From assembly GCF_035083965.1 (NCBI RefSeq), contig NC_089722.1:25291081-25355080 (forward strand): DNA of 64,000 bases, written 5' to 3'. Below are positions 13,224-26,500 of the stretch, in pieces. The stretch is from Branchiostoma lanceolatum (Eukaryota). How positions within the stretch are numbered: position 1 is the first letter of the stretch; each line of letters opens with the position of its first letter. The notes beneath the pieces are model-generated. The model was not told where the DNA came from and made no database searches. It worked only from the letters and a program-made list of their open reading frames with translations. Position numbers and translations under genes: made by a program.

Positions 13224-13773
13224 GACTGTACTTACGGATACTGCCGATTTTACTGTTCGTTTGGTATTGTATTGGCTTCGTGTGAGAGTAAACATAATTA
13301 TTGCAGTAGTACACGTGTGCTTCTAGTTAATCATTAGTTATGCACAACAAGTACTACTATACGTAATTGAGCGAAAGGACCGCGTAGTAACGCTTGAAAC
13401 TTTATCACTCATAGGCTGTCTCGTGTTAAGTGGTTTTTGCTCTCAAAGAGAATCTCATGTGATATAGTTTGCTTTGAAGGTTCATAGACTACATGTAGTT
13501 ACACAATGTGATATACAATGTGAAAGGTCAGAGGAATAAACAGAGGAATTAACCGACAACATGATTATCCATTTGTTTGTTTGTGGCAAATTCAATGTAT
13601 AGAATATTAAAAGTCTGGTCTGGTCGGGTCCACGTACATTATATACTTTCTTTTTTTCTATCCAGACTGTCCTCATTACAAGAGGTATCGTATAATCACA
13701 CCTGGTGTTTGGCTAAAACGTCATTACATTGTATTCAGCTCATATCCGCCATTTGTTATATTCCTGCTCTTTC

Positions 13774-16700
13774 TCTATTGGTTTTCTCGGTTCCTCCTCT
13801 CCATCTCTTGCCTGTACTTGCGCGTTGAGATGACGTACTCGATGTAGCTCATCATCCCGTCGTTATCTGTATCATCTTTCTCTAGAATCATGTCCACCAT
13901 ACCTATCGATAAGATGGAACAAGGTGATGCTAAATTGTAATCTAGATGTAGATCTGCTGTTCTACTATATTACGTGATTGTGAAGCTACGTCTTGTTGCG
14001 CATGGTCTTTTTCTACGTCGACATGGTTAGGCATCAGCAGTTTTGGAGAGAAAAAATACAGGATTTGACAACTGAAATTTACTACTATTCTTACTACTTT
14101 CAAGTGACATGTTTTCTTCACTCGGTAAAATTAGTATTTTTGACAAAGTGCCCTTCCCCTTCTATTATTACAAATATGTCTTCCCTGGTTTGCTCCTAGA
14201 AGAGGAATACATTCGTCTCCAACAGTGTATAATAGAATGCTACTGTTATCTTAGTGGAATACATAACATGGCCGGGTTACCTGTAAAATACTCCATCCTT
14301 TCATCATAGTCAGGAGGGTGGTTATATTCAGACCTATGCTCCATGGCGGCCATGATCTCCAGTCCGTCCAACTTCAGGTTTTTGTCGCTGTCTTGGGACC
14401 TGATGAGAGGACAAAGTTCAGACTTATGCTTAGTAAGCTTTTATAATTACACTAGCAATGTGTGTGACTACTCTGCACTTGCTTTTGTAAGGCTGTGAAC
14501 CGGTGATGGGTCTCATTTCCCAAACGGATGCTTTATTGCTAATATCATAATAATACACTAAACGATGTAGTTATTTGACTTATCTTTCAAACGGCGTCTG
14601 TATAGGAAACGTAATATCATCTAAAGTGTACCATTTCAGTCATGAATGATTAATAAGTGAATATTCAATGAATCATGGGTGATTGGACAAACTTGTAGAC
14701 AAGAAATATGCGCATCTCACAAATAACGAGTTATTCACATGTATCATGTCATCTAAAAACTACGATACAATTGAAAACTATGTGAATTTGCCTTTGTGGG
14801 CTAATGTAAAGTTGGCGGTCTAACAAGTCCTTTTTTCGGTTCGATAACAAGGCTGCACGGCGATGGGTCAAAACTAGAGTCGATGTCATTGCCATGACGG
14901 CGTTTGGATTTCGACCGCGATTTAGCTGTCGTTAACGACAACACTTACCTTACATCGCAACCGATCATAACACTGCAACCGACATCGCTATCTTTACATA
15001 TCGCAGCAATCGAGTCTTTACATCGCAATCGAGTCTTTACATCACATTCGAGTCGCTACATCGCAACCGAGGCCTTGACACCGCAATCGAGTTCTTAAAT
15101 CGCAACCGAGTTTTAAAACAGCAATCGAGTATTTAAAACAACAGTCGAGTTTTTAAAACAGCAACCGAACCTTAAAAAAGCGGTCGAGGATTAACTCCAC
15201 GGGAGCCTAATCACATGTAGCACCTCGTTCACTTCACACCTTCTTAACACCTAATGGTTATAGGCCACCGGAGGGCGCAAATAATCGACTAGTTAGGCAT
15301 ATGGCATTGGTCTCCGTTGGTTCAAGGAGGTTTAATCCTCCTTGGTTGATTGGAAACATTATGCTGATTTGTTTATATATTTTTCTCATGAGATCTAATC
15401 TCATGAACGCAAACTTGAGTCAAACCACTCAAGGGACTGAGGGAAATGATTGCTGAGGACAGGAGATTGCAGAGGACCAAGGAGAGGACGGGCTATGTAA
15501 AAATGGATGAACTGTTTGTTATGTCTTGTGACTGGAGGTGGTTCCCTGTGCCAGGTGGTTGCCCGACAAGGTTTGACTGTACTAAATTTCCTAAACTTTC
15601 ACAGATTAACACTGAAATTGTTATAATCATCTGCATCTGGCACGCCCATGGATGATTGGAATAATTTGTGGGGCGTCATCAGAAACAACACACATCCACA
15701 TCTCACCTGCATGTTCTTAAGGAGTAAACATAAAATCCAATAATGGATAACACTGCAAATATAGATTTTCCGCAATAGTTATGCAAATTAAGTCATATTT
15801 GCATAATTTACTTCATTATGTACATTTCTGTCTAAGCTACCTGCATACTAAATATCATGGAAATCGGTTAATCCTTTGTTCAGTTATCCTCCTTGGAAGA
15901 TTCTGACTGCAGTTCCAGAGCAAGCCGCTAGGGGGTCCAAAAGTACAGCACTTCTTCCTTACATCACAATCTGCCACCAAAAAATAAAGACCACAGCACG
16001 TTCAAGTCAAATGATTTAAAAAAAAGAAAGTTGTGATGCAGTACCAAGCTCACATACCAGGGGGACCAAAAATCAACATTGACCTTCGTATTCCCAACAC
16101 CGACCCACATATCAAATATCATTACAATCCATCTTGACTAATGCTGACTACAAACATCCGGAAGGAAAGGAAGAAGGAAGCACAAACATACTATACCAAA
16201 CATACTATAGCAATCAGCACAAAGAGAGCGACGTGAGAGCGCGCAGCGAGCGCAGTGAGCACCGTTAGGGCCCTGTCACACTTGTGCGTATATTCAAGTG
16301 CGTATGAGTTGCGCATCAACATTTCTTTGGTTTAAGTAAAGTTTGAGGGAAAGAAGTTGTTTTTCACTTTGACCTACCGTTGTGCAGCCTGCTTATCGAA
16401 CCAAAGACATGACGTCATCGGCTGCAAACTAAAAAAACCTAAACCAAAAATATGTTAATACGCAATTCCTGCGGACTTGTATGTACGCAGAAGTGTGACA
16501 GGGGCTTTAAGGGCCCTGTCACATTTGTGCGTATATCATGGCCGTGTCAGTTGCGTATCAACATTTTTTTCATACGCAGGCGTGCGCACAATACGCACCT
16601 AATGCGTATCTCAATCGTTTTGTGAAAGTTTTACGTACGCAGGCACACGCAAGGTACGGCCCAGTACGCCTGATATTTTTGAAACTACCGAAAACTTTCG

Positions 16701-19700
16701 TGCGAACGCTGTTACGCAGCTCAGACGTTATAAATACGCAGTGCATACGTCCGACATCGGTCGAGTGCGGTACGAGCGCGCTTTGTGTTCGCGCTTTATA
16801 CGCGGTAGTACGCTCTCTTGCGGCACGATCTCTGCGCAGCGTACACATAGCGTACTTGCAGCGCAGATACAACGCATGATGATCGAACGTATAGCGAATA
16901 ATAATATACGTCACGAATTAGTGCCGTTCGTCCTGCGATCGGGCAGCGCATTGTACGTATCAGTGGCGTATGACAAACGCAGAGATAACGAACGGATAGC
17001 GTACATATAGTACTCGACGAACATCCGGGGTACATTCCAGATTGGGTAAATTATTGGTCGGGTATTCAATTTAGTTTAAGGGCAGAGAGAAAACAAACAC
17101 AACCAGCAAAGTGTACATAACTTTTGATTTAAATAATTATTGAAATGCCCCGCGCACATGCATCCCTGTTACATACACATAAAAGTTCTACTTGTCGTTA
17201 CTTGTGGAGGCGTCTTCTAATAACAGTTTTCGTAACTACTGATATCGACGCAACCAAATTCACAGGGTAAATAATGGCTCTAAATGTCATGGAGTGTTCC
17301 AAAAGTAAAATTGGTTTCCCTGTTACACATATACAAACGGTCCTACTTGTCATCAGTTGTGGAGGCGTCTTCCCATAACAGTTTAAGTAAACACTAATAT
17401 CAATGCAACCAAATACGTTCATAATTCGATTAGCATCAGTGGGAAGTGCGTCAGGCATGCGGTCGGCAGACGTTGTGTACGTCCGGAATACGCTCAACAT
17501 ACACACCTGATACGCAGCTATTCGCTGCAAGGATAACAGTATTGCGCACTTCATATGCAAATCATACGTGTCTCATATGCTGAATTCGTTACTCATGCGC
17601 TATATGAGCGCCGCGCATAACTCAAGAAATTTGATATTTTGAGCGTACAACTGCGTATCGTCAAAATTTCATACGGAGCTCACGCGGAATTGCTTATACG
17701 CACAAGTGTGACAGGGATTTAGGCCTCAGCTTGAGCGCGACGATAGCGCCGACAAGTAGAATGGGGGCATTAAAGTCATACATAAGACCAGAGGAGAGTG
17801 TTCTGGTTCGGCTGATGGCATTTTTCTGAATCCAAGATCGTATATTTGTATTGGTATTTACCGCCCACCAAATACTGACATCAGCAGAGAACTCAATAAA
17901 TGTATGAAGGAATCCATGAGCACTATCAATAGCACCTCGTTACATTACCGGTGATTTTGATATTAATCCACTCAGCAACACAAACCAACATACCACCGAC
18001 CATGTTAACGATATGTTTTCATATGGCTTCTATCCACTTATATCTAATTCCACGAGAATAATACTCATTTTCACATATTAAAGAATAAAAAGACCGGTGG
18101 AATAAATCGCTTGGTTGTGTAAGAATAGTCTTTTTATTCATTAATATATGCAACTGAGTATTTGTAAGTTGAAAGAGCCAGTCATCCTCCATAGCCCAGA
18201 AACATGAAACTATTCCACAATTCCAAAACAGGTGGATGGCTGTCTCTTCTTCCGCTAGAGTTTTATAGGCCCCATGTGGATAGTGCTTTAGTAGTAACTG
18301 TTCCAAATGTGAAAAGCAGCTCATATTGAAAAATTCTAGTATGGAAAGTTCATAAGGTAAGCTGTAATGTTGTTTCCAAAGTAAAGTTGTATTGAAGCGT
18401 TCTTCCCAAGAATGTTGTATTTTGTTAGGATTCACACAGCTTTGCTTTTTTCATAAAAAGATTTACAAATATTTCTATACTTTTTTTTCTGAATTCCAAG
18501 TCCTGTCCCTAAGTCGGCGTACAAACCCATAAATCTGGGGATGCCTGCCTTAAAAACGATTTCCAATAGACTGAATTCGTAGAAATTAACTGGCTATATT
18601 GAAGTTCTGGACGGACATATACAAATTTTGAGGTGAAGTTCGCATAAGTAAGAAATCCATTTTCTGAATCCAAAATATCATTCAGAAATCAAACTCCTCC
18701 CGTATCAAAAGCTGTCAAAAATAATGGTCTTTTATTCTAAAATGTTTCTTATTTCAAAAGTTGAAATTTCTTCTCCTAAAACAAACAAGTATGGGGAAAG
18801 AAGGCAACCCCAGGTATGTCCGAAGACCGTGGATTGCAATTCATCAATAAAGCGATAAACTCCACGGCCATTCCGGGACGATTTAGAGATGACCCACTCA
18901 ACGGCAATACCGTCACTAATAGCGGCGATTCGCCGTGGAATTCATCTATTTAGTGATGAACTCCACGGACATTCCGAGACGATTTAGTGATGAACTCAAT
19001 GGCAATGCCGTCACTAATAGCGGCGATTCGCCGTGGAATTCATCGATTAAGCAATGAACTTCACGGCCATTCCGAGACGATTCAGTGATGAACTCAACGG
19101 CAATACCGTCACTAATAGCGGCGATTCGCCGTGGAATTCATCTATTCAGTGATGAACTCCACGGACATTCCGAGACGATTTAGTGATGAACTCAACGGCA
19201 ATGCCGTCACTAATAGCGGCGATTCGCCGTGGAATTCATCTATTTAGTGATAAACTCCACGGTCATTCCGAGACGATTTAGTGAGGAACTCAACGGCAAT
19301 GCCGTCACTAATAGCGGCGATTCGCCGTGGAATTCATCTATTTAGTGATGAACTCCACGGTCATTCCGAGACGATTTAGTGATGAACTCAACGGCAATGC
19401 CGTCACTAATAGCGGCGATTTGCTTGAGTGTGGCATCACTATGTATTGTCTTTTTTGATGTTGGAATAAGAAAAACGTGGAATTCATCGATTTAGTGAGG
19501 AACTCAACGACTATGCCGAGGCGATTCATAATTCATCGATTTAGTGATGAACTCCACGGCCATGCAGAGACAATTTAGAGATGAACTCAAAATTATGAAC
19601 CCCACGGTCGCAGGAATCGTAATGAGATATACGGCCGCGGGAATTACTCTTACCAATTTGATAGCGTCCGACTTTGGAACCACGGAGCACTGGCCGGCCA

Positions 19701-20477
19701 TGCCTCATATTTCCGGCGCGATTTCTATATTATGACAATTGGGAGGGTACGTTGCGAGTACGTCACCTTCGCTGAAAAAAACGCATTTCAACTGGTAGGT
19801 GGTTACATTTGGAGTTCGTTTGTTTGCTATGTGCATAATGTAACATTTTTTCGGGATCAAACTACATGAGCCATTTGCTTTGCCATTCCCCGAGGGCGTT
19901 CAGATCTCCTTGCAGAAGTTGTGAATCATTCGGGCTTGTGCGTCAGTGTGCCGGTTGAAATGGCGATTTTTGTTTTAGACTTTTAAAAAAAAACGCAAGT
20001 GGCAAAATGCCGCGAGCTCACCGCGAGCTTGCCGGGAGCTCACCACGCTGTTTGTTGTGTAAAAAGTGATATGTTAGTTTCAAATTTATACATATATTCG
20101 TATATTCTATAATATGTTACCTTTATTGCACCTAGTGTCATAAGTGAACATCCTTAATTATCGCCTCAAATCCATTTTTGATGCATTTCACTAATTGTAC
20201 ATTGTATTTTGATAAATTGACAACACTGCGATTTCCAATGAATTGAAATCACTATCATCATCAAACTACATTCGGTCCATCCCCCTAGCTATTGATCTGT
20301 TTGCCAGTTTGGTTAAACCTATCTTAGTGTATTGTAGTGAACTTACTGGAATAGATGCAGAGATCTAACTTTCAGTGGGATGACGCAATGTCCCAATGAA
20401 CACATCAGAACATCTAGATCTACAGCTACAATCCCCAACTTGATATCTAAATGTTGATGAACTCCATAGTTACGGCA

Positions 20478-20542
<65 letters not shown>

Positions 20543-23500
20543 CATCTATGTATCTATCTATCTATCTATCTATCTATCTGTCTATCTATCTATCTATTTT
20601 TTTCATTAATTTTTAAAAATAATATATCTATATAGAATAACAAAATTGAGAATCAGCACACATTGTGCTGTGGCTTCGCGGTTCCCGGATTTGTCTCGTT
20701 GACGTTGTGCCCCTGGGAGAGGCACATTACTGGACATTTTTCTCACTTCACTCATCAGGTGAAAACGAGTACCTAGCTTCGGTTAGGGACGTCACTCTGA
20801 TAGGACGTTAAATGGAGGTCCCATGTTTGAGGAGATCCTGACCTCCCGATGTAGACACCATTATAGACGTTATTTATCTTTTTAATCATTATATACGAAA
20901 TCAGGTCCGTCTTTTACATGATTAATGAGGAAAAGTTGAAATTCCCTTTCAATGTGCTATTTTTGGGATGACGACCAATATACGAGGACACATATGGACA
21001 GTGACAGGCTTTGGGTCAACATGTGGGCAGTGCTTTTCACAATGTCAATGGCGCTTTAAGGCATATGAACTGGGAACTGTGACATAGAGAGGAAAACCGA
21101 TTGATAAATCGATTATGTAAATACGGACATGATTTGTTTAATAAGTTTTGTACTTCAATCATGTACTTTTGACAAGTCTCCATGTTGTTCAGTTTTTCTG
21201 TGTCATATGGTTTTGTCATTACAGTTGTATTTGCGTATTAGTTATTTTGATATCGATACTAGGCAAAGTGTTCTGTACTGTCCCGCTAAACAGGCTGAGA
21301 AGTGCAACAGACAGAAAACTCAGGGAGGAACAGGCTGTTTTCCGACCCAACAGGTCCTGCAGTGATCAAATATTCACATTACGAAACATTATTGAACAGA
21401 GTCTTAAGTTCCAAAAACCAATATCCTTAAACTTTATTGACTTTAAAAAAGCATTCGATAGTATACACAGAGAATCAATACTGAGAATCAGTACTCAGAA
21501 TCAGTACTCAGAACATATGGTACACATAAAAGGTTCACAGACATCTTACGAGGGATCAAGTTGTTGTGTGAAGGTCGACTCAGCTATACTGACAGCTTTG
21601 ATATAGTCACTGCAGTAAGACGGGTGTGTTCTATCCCCTCTGTTGTTCATTATCACCATAGATTATGTTATGTGTAAAGCCATGGACAACCCAAACTTTG
21701 GCCTAGTCTGGAAAGGAAGTAGTCGTCTGACCGATCTTGACTTTGCAGACGACATTACCTTAACAGCCGAGTCCCATCAAATTCTCCAAGATATGACCAT
21801 CAACACAGAGACAAATTCAGCCAAAGTAGGTCTGAGAATTAGCGGCAACAAAACCAAAGCAATGCAGGTTGGAGAGCACCCCCCCCCCCCAAACACACAT
21901 CTTTCATACAAGTTAACACCATTCGGCGAAGCTATGGGATCGCTGAACTCTAGTTGTAGAATTGATTAGCCTTGCTCTAAATGATGTAATGATGATAATG
22001 TAATGACGATGATGTAATGATAATGATGATGTGCTTACTTGCTTACTTACTTATGTCGAGACCTTCCAGTCACGAGTCGAGATGGCAGCCCAAGTGTTTT
22101 GGTCCTTTATCGCCTGGAGCAAACTATCCACTTCAATGCCGGTGTCTTTCTTGAGAGTGTCTATAAAGGTTGCTGCGGGTCTTCCTGGCCTCCTTTTCTC
22201 ATGCTTGGGAATCCAGAGTACCAGGTCAGCTACTTCTTCCTTGCTCCTGAGGCAGTGTCCGTCGAACTTCAACCTCCTTGTCCTGATCTTATCGGTCAGC
22301 TTTGGTAGGCCAGCATACAAGTCTTTGTTGGTAATGTGTTGTGTCCAGTGGATGTTGAGCGTTGTTCTCAGAAGCCTCGTGTAACACCCATCCAACTGCT
22401 TTTCTAACTTGGAGGTAACTGTCCATGTAAAAGTAAATCAGTCATCCTCAATTGAGGTGAAGTGCAATGCTTTTTCAAGCAGCTAGTGGTAGTGCAATGC
22501 GGCTTCGCTGCGGCTCGCGTTTTTTGGCCAAGCACACCGGGTCACCCCTACTCTTCTCGATAAGTGTATTGGGTTCTTTTACGTGCAGAGGTTTGACGCT
22601 TGAGGCTTACTCCCGAAGCTCCCTCAGGAAGAGCCTCACTTTCAACTTGTGTGAGAGAGTTGATCTCCAAACCTTCTTCATCTTGTTACAAGCCTGCCAG
22701 GCTGCTGCTTTTCTTGCTGCCTTGTCCCTTGCTGTACTTTCCATTCTGGACTTTTACCTCCTCCAAGGCAGTACCATCGCTTGTCTTGAGGCAGTAAGGG
22801 GTTGGAATGTTAAAGGGCATAAACTTTGTTTTGCCAGCGTTCATGCAGAGACCAACCTTGCCCACTGAGCTCTCCACACACCCAAGCAGTTGCTGAGCTT
22901 GTTGAATTGCCTCTGATATTAACGCAATGTCATCAGCGAAATCCAAATCAGGAACTGTCTTCGGGCCAACTCTTCTGCTCCTCCTCCTTTCTATCTGTAG
23001 ACCTCCTCTCTACCGTCAATATCCGTCCTCAGTGCATAGTCTGTATCTGAATCTGTATCTATATAGCCGGTACCGCCATTAGGCGCAACACACCAGCTTC
23101 GCAGGCACGCGGCGCGACAGCAGCTGGTTATGTTATACCGAACGGTCTGTTACACCTAGTCTTTGCATATCTGACTGCAACCGTTCCTTAAAGCTACTTA
23201 GTGAAGATGCTCCTACAGTACTTGATGACAACGAGTTCCATTCTACTATGGTTCTCGGAAAATGCGAATTTTTGAACACATCAATCCTTGGCTGATAACT
23301 CTGGTACTTAAAAGCATGGCGATTTCTAGTCCTCTTCTGAGCTGGCATTAGATACTTATCAGTCTGTACGTCTACAGGTTTATTAGTCATTTTGTACATC
23401 ATGCAAAGTCTGGACGTTGTTCTTCTGTATTCAAGGGACATCCATTGCAGATCAACAACAATCACAAACAGCCTGATATGGAGCTAGTGTGTCCCTGTAG

Positions 23501-26500
23501 CACCCCTGCATACAACTCAAAGAGTTCAGTTTCACCATCAGGGGAGATGACTTTTGCCTTTGTGTCCTGGTACATGCTGGCTATGGCTTCCACCAGTTGG
23601 TCAGGAATACCTTAATCTTCAACATTTTTCCTCTATGTACAGTATCAAAGGCTTTCTTAAAGTCGATGTGATTATTGCTGTGAGATGATGATGTAATGAT
23701 GGTTTACTGCCCTACATTGCACCATGTACGTTTGTCTAGCAATAAAGTTCATTCAATAAATTCAATAACTTGCTCATCTGGGCTTCACATGCGCCGCACG
23801 TCAGTGAAAGTGCAAATGAAAATTGGTGAAAAACTTTAGCGACGGTGCCGTCATGAGCTGCCGCCGCAGTGCCGCCGCAGTGCCACCGCGGTGCCGCAGC
23901 CCAGTGAGAGCCCACTGATATTTCTAAGTGGTTCCCTCCAGCCAGGGAGAATCGTGTCTTCCAGACGTTCTTTAAATGTATTTCCAAAACGGTTGGCATT
24001 AACTGCGGGGTTAAGTCAAACATGTCAACATAGTATATCCTGAACGTGAATAACCCAGTAATGTTCTTCTTCGACTGAAGTGTCGTGTTTTTTTTAAAGT
24101 AATCTTGTCAGAAGATAACTAATTCAATCTTAAGCTTAGCGAGAGTATCTAATCAACTGTGTTTGACTGTCAACGATCAATAGGAATTCTCTTAATTCAT
24201 CCCTTACGGCGAAACATTGAGTACAATTTGCGATACAGCTGTGTCTGACTGGTATATCAAGTTCAGTTTATCACTGTATTTCTTGAATGGCACAAGATCA
24301 GGTCGAGTACAGGTAGACGAGGGGTCTGATTTCTTTCCAAAGCGACTAACTCGCATTCTATCAACTTCCGTACTGGAATAAATGTACAATGCATAGATCT
24401 AATTTTCAGTGGGATTAAGCAATATTCCAATGACTAGATCAGAACATTTACAGCTACAATCCTCAACCTCACTACAATGCAGTAAAATGGGTTGAACCAA
24501 ACTCTTAAACAGATCAATAGCTAGGGAGATGGACCGATTGTAGTTTGATGGTAGTCAATTAATCAGAAATCGCAGTGCTGTCAATGAATCAAAATACTAC
24601 AATGTAAAATCATACAAGTGCATTACAAATGGATGTCAAACGATAACTGGACTTTCACTAATGACACTTGGTGCAACATAGGTAACATGTTATAGTAGAG
24701 AGAGTTAAAATCATCTTTATTGTACTGGAACAGACAACGAATACAAGATGAATATTTAAAAACACCTAGGACAGCCCCTTGTCTGGGTTAGGACACCCAG
24801 GAGGCGCAAGGTAAAAAGTACTGACATATCAATTTTTACACCCTTGGTCTTTTGGCCGCGGTGAGCTCCCGGTAAGCTCCCGGCAAGCTCCCGTCGTGCG
24901 CGCAGCACTTTGCCACTTGCGTTTTTTTTTTAAATTAAAAAAAAAATTCGCTATTTTAACTGGCACGCTGGCGGTAGTGGACCGGCACTGGAACGACACT
25001 GGGACGTCACTAGGACGGTGCGCCAAGCTAGGTTTGTGCACGGCAGTGCGGCGGCAGCCATTCACACGCTACCGCCACAGTGCCGCAGCTCAGTGAGAGG
25101 GGGACTTAAGACTTTCAAATCTCGCATCGCCATAGCTTAAGTAGTAGCTTGAATGTGAAAGAAAGGTTTAATGTCAGCTACTTTGTCAGCTCTCCTCAAA
25201 GAAATCCTCAAACACGGGACCTCCATTTAACGTCCTATCCGAGGGACGTCCTTATAAGCTTGAAGCCCCGGTTACACATAGCCGAACATACATGGCTCCC
25301 GAACGCTAGCCGACCCAGGTCGGCGGTAGTTCGGAAGTTGTGTGACCAGTTTTTAGGCCACGCCTATTTTTGGCGCCGAACTTGAGCCGAACATGCGCCG
25401 AGCATGTCCCAACCATCTCCTAACCAGTAACTGACTGAACCCCGAAGGCTTTCTAACCTACTACCAACCAACCCGACCTCTAGCCGAATCTTTCCTGACT
25501 ACCTCCCGACCGGTCGCTAACCCTCTCACGAATTGAAATGGACATATTCAGCGACTTTTAAAAGAGGGGTGATTTTCCTTTTTAATCAAAATAATCCATT
25601 CTTCTATGTTGTTAACATCACTATTAAAGAGATCAAATTCGGATCGCGTTCAAAGGCTTTTAGCTTTCTTCTCTATTTATGGTCGTGTGAAGGGGGTGAT
25701 TCGCCCATGTTCTGGTAGTAGTCAGTTTGGTTGGGAATGAGTTAGCAGAAATTTATCTACAACCTTGTTGAGAGTTATTCAGCAGTGGTTATAGCGTGGT
25801 TAAGATTCCAATTTTACTGCTGAATTACTCCCGAACCGTGACCAGCCGAACACTAGCCGACCGTGCCGAACACCAGCCAACCCATTCCAGACCCTCCGTC
25901 CATCTGCAGAGCCGAATGTTTTGAAATTTTCAAAACATTCGGCTGGTACAGCCGAACACCAGCCGACTCAGCCGAATGCCAGCCGACTCAGCCGAACACC
26001 AGCCCACCTAGCCCCCGAATCACTCTAACCATGGTCGAGAGAGAGTCGGGAGGCCATGTTCGGCTATGTGTAACCGGGGCTTAACTTAGGGTACTAATTT
26101 TCACCTGAGTGGGGAAAGTCGTGTAAAGTGGGGAAAATCGTGTAAAGTGCCTTTCCCAAGGGCACAACGTCAACGAGACAAATCAGGGGACCCCGGATTT
26201 GAACCCAGGACTGCGCCACCGCGACGCTTCTTGGTAACTTGCTGTTACAGGTTCAGGAGTTTATTCTGTTTTGTCGCTGGACGTAAACCTAATTCATTGC
26301 TTTGTATAAGGAGAGGCATGACTAAGGATCATATTTATGACGTTCTTTATTGCTCATGAAAACTACCTTTAGCAAAATACACATCGCAAGACCCAAAGTG
26401 GACCACAATTGGTAGCGCACCATAACTGGAGTGGTACCTTGCGCTACGTTAGGTCTCGAAAGCAGGGCAAATAGCCAAAAACTTACTTTCCAAGCAGATG

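Noticed and set aside
16538-17035. Overlapping ~110-aa Arg-rich ORFs on both strands
   Set aside because: They lie inside a TIR-bounded element whose interior is tacgc/gcgta low-complexity. There are no transposase motifs (no DDE/D signature discernible), so the element is treated as non-autonomous.
18860-19560. Regular ~100-bp direct repeats that could superficially resemble a CRISPR array
   Set aside because: This is a eukaryotic genomic context, the units are contiguous with no unique spacers, and the period is too long. It is a satellite or tandem repeat.
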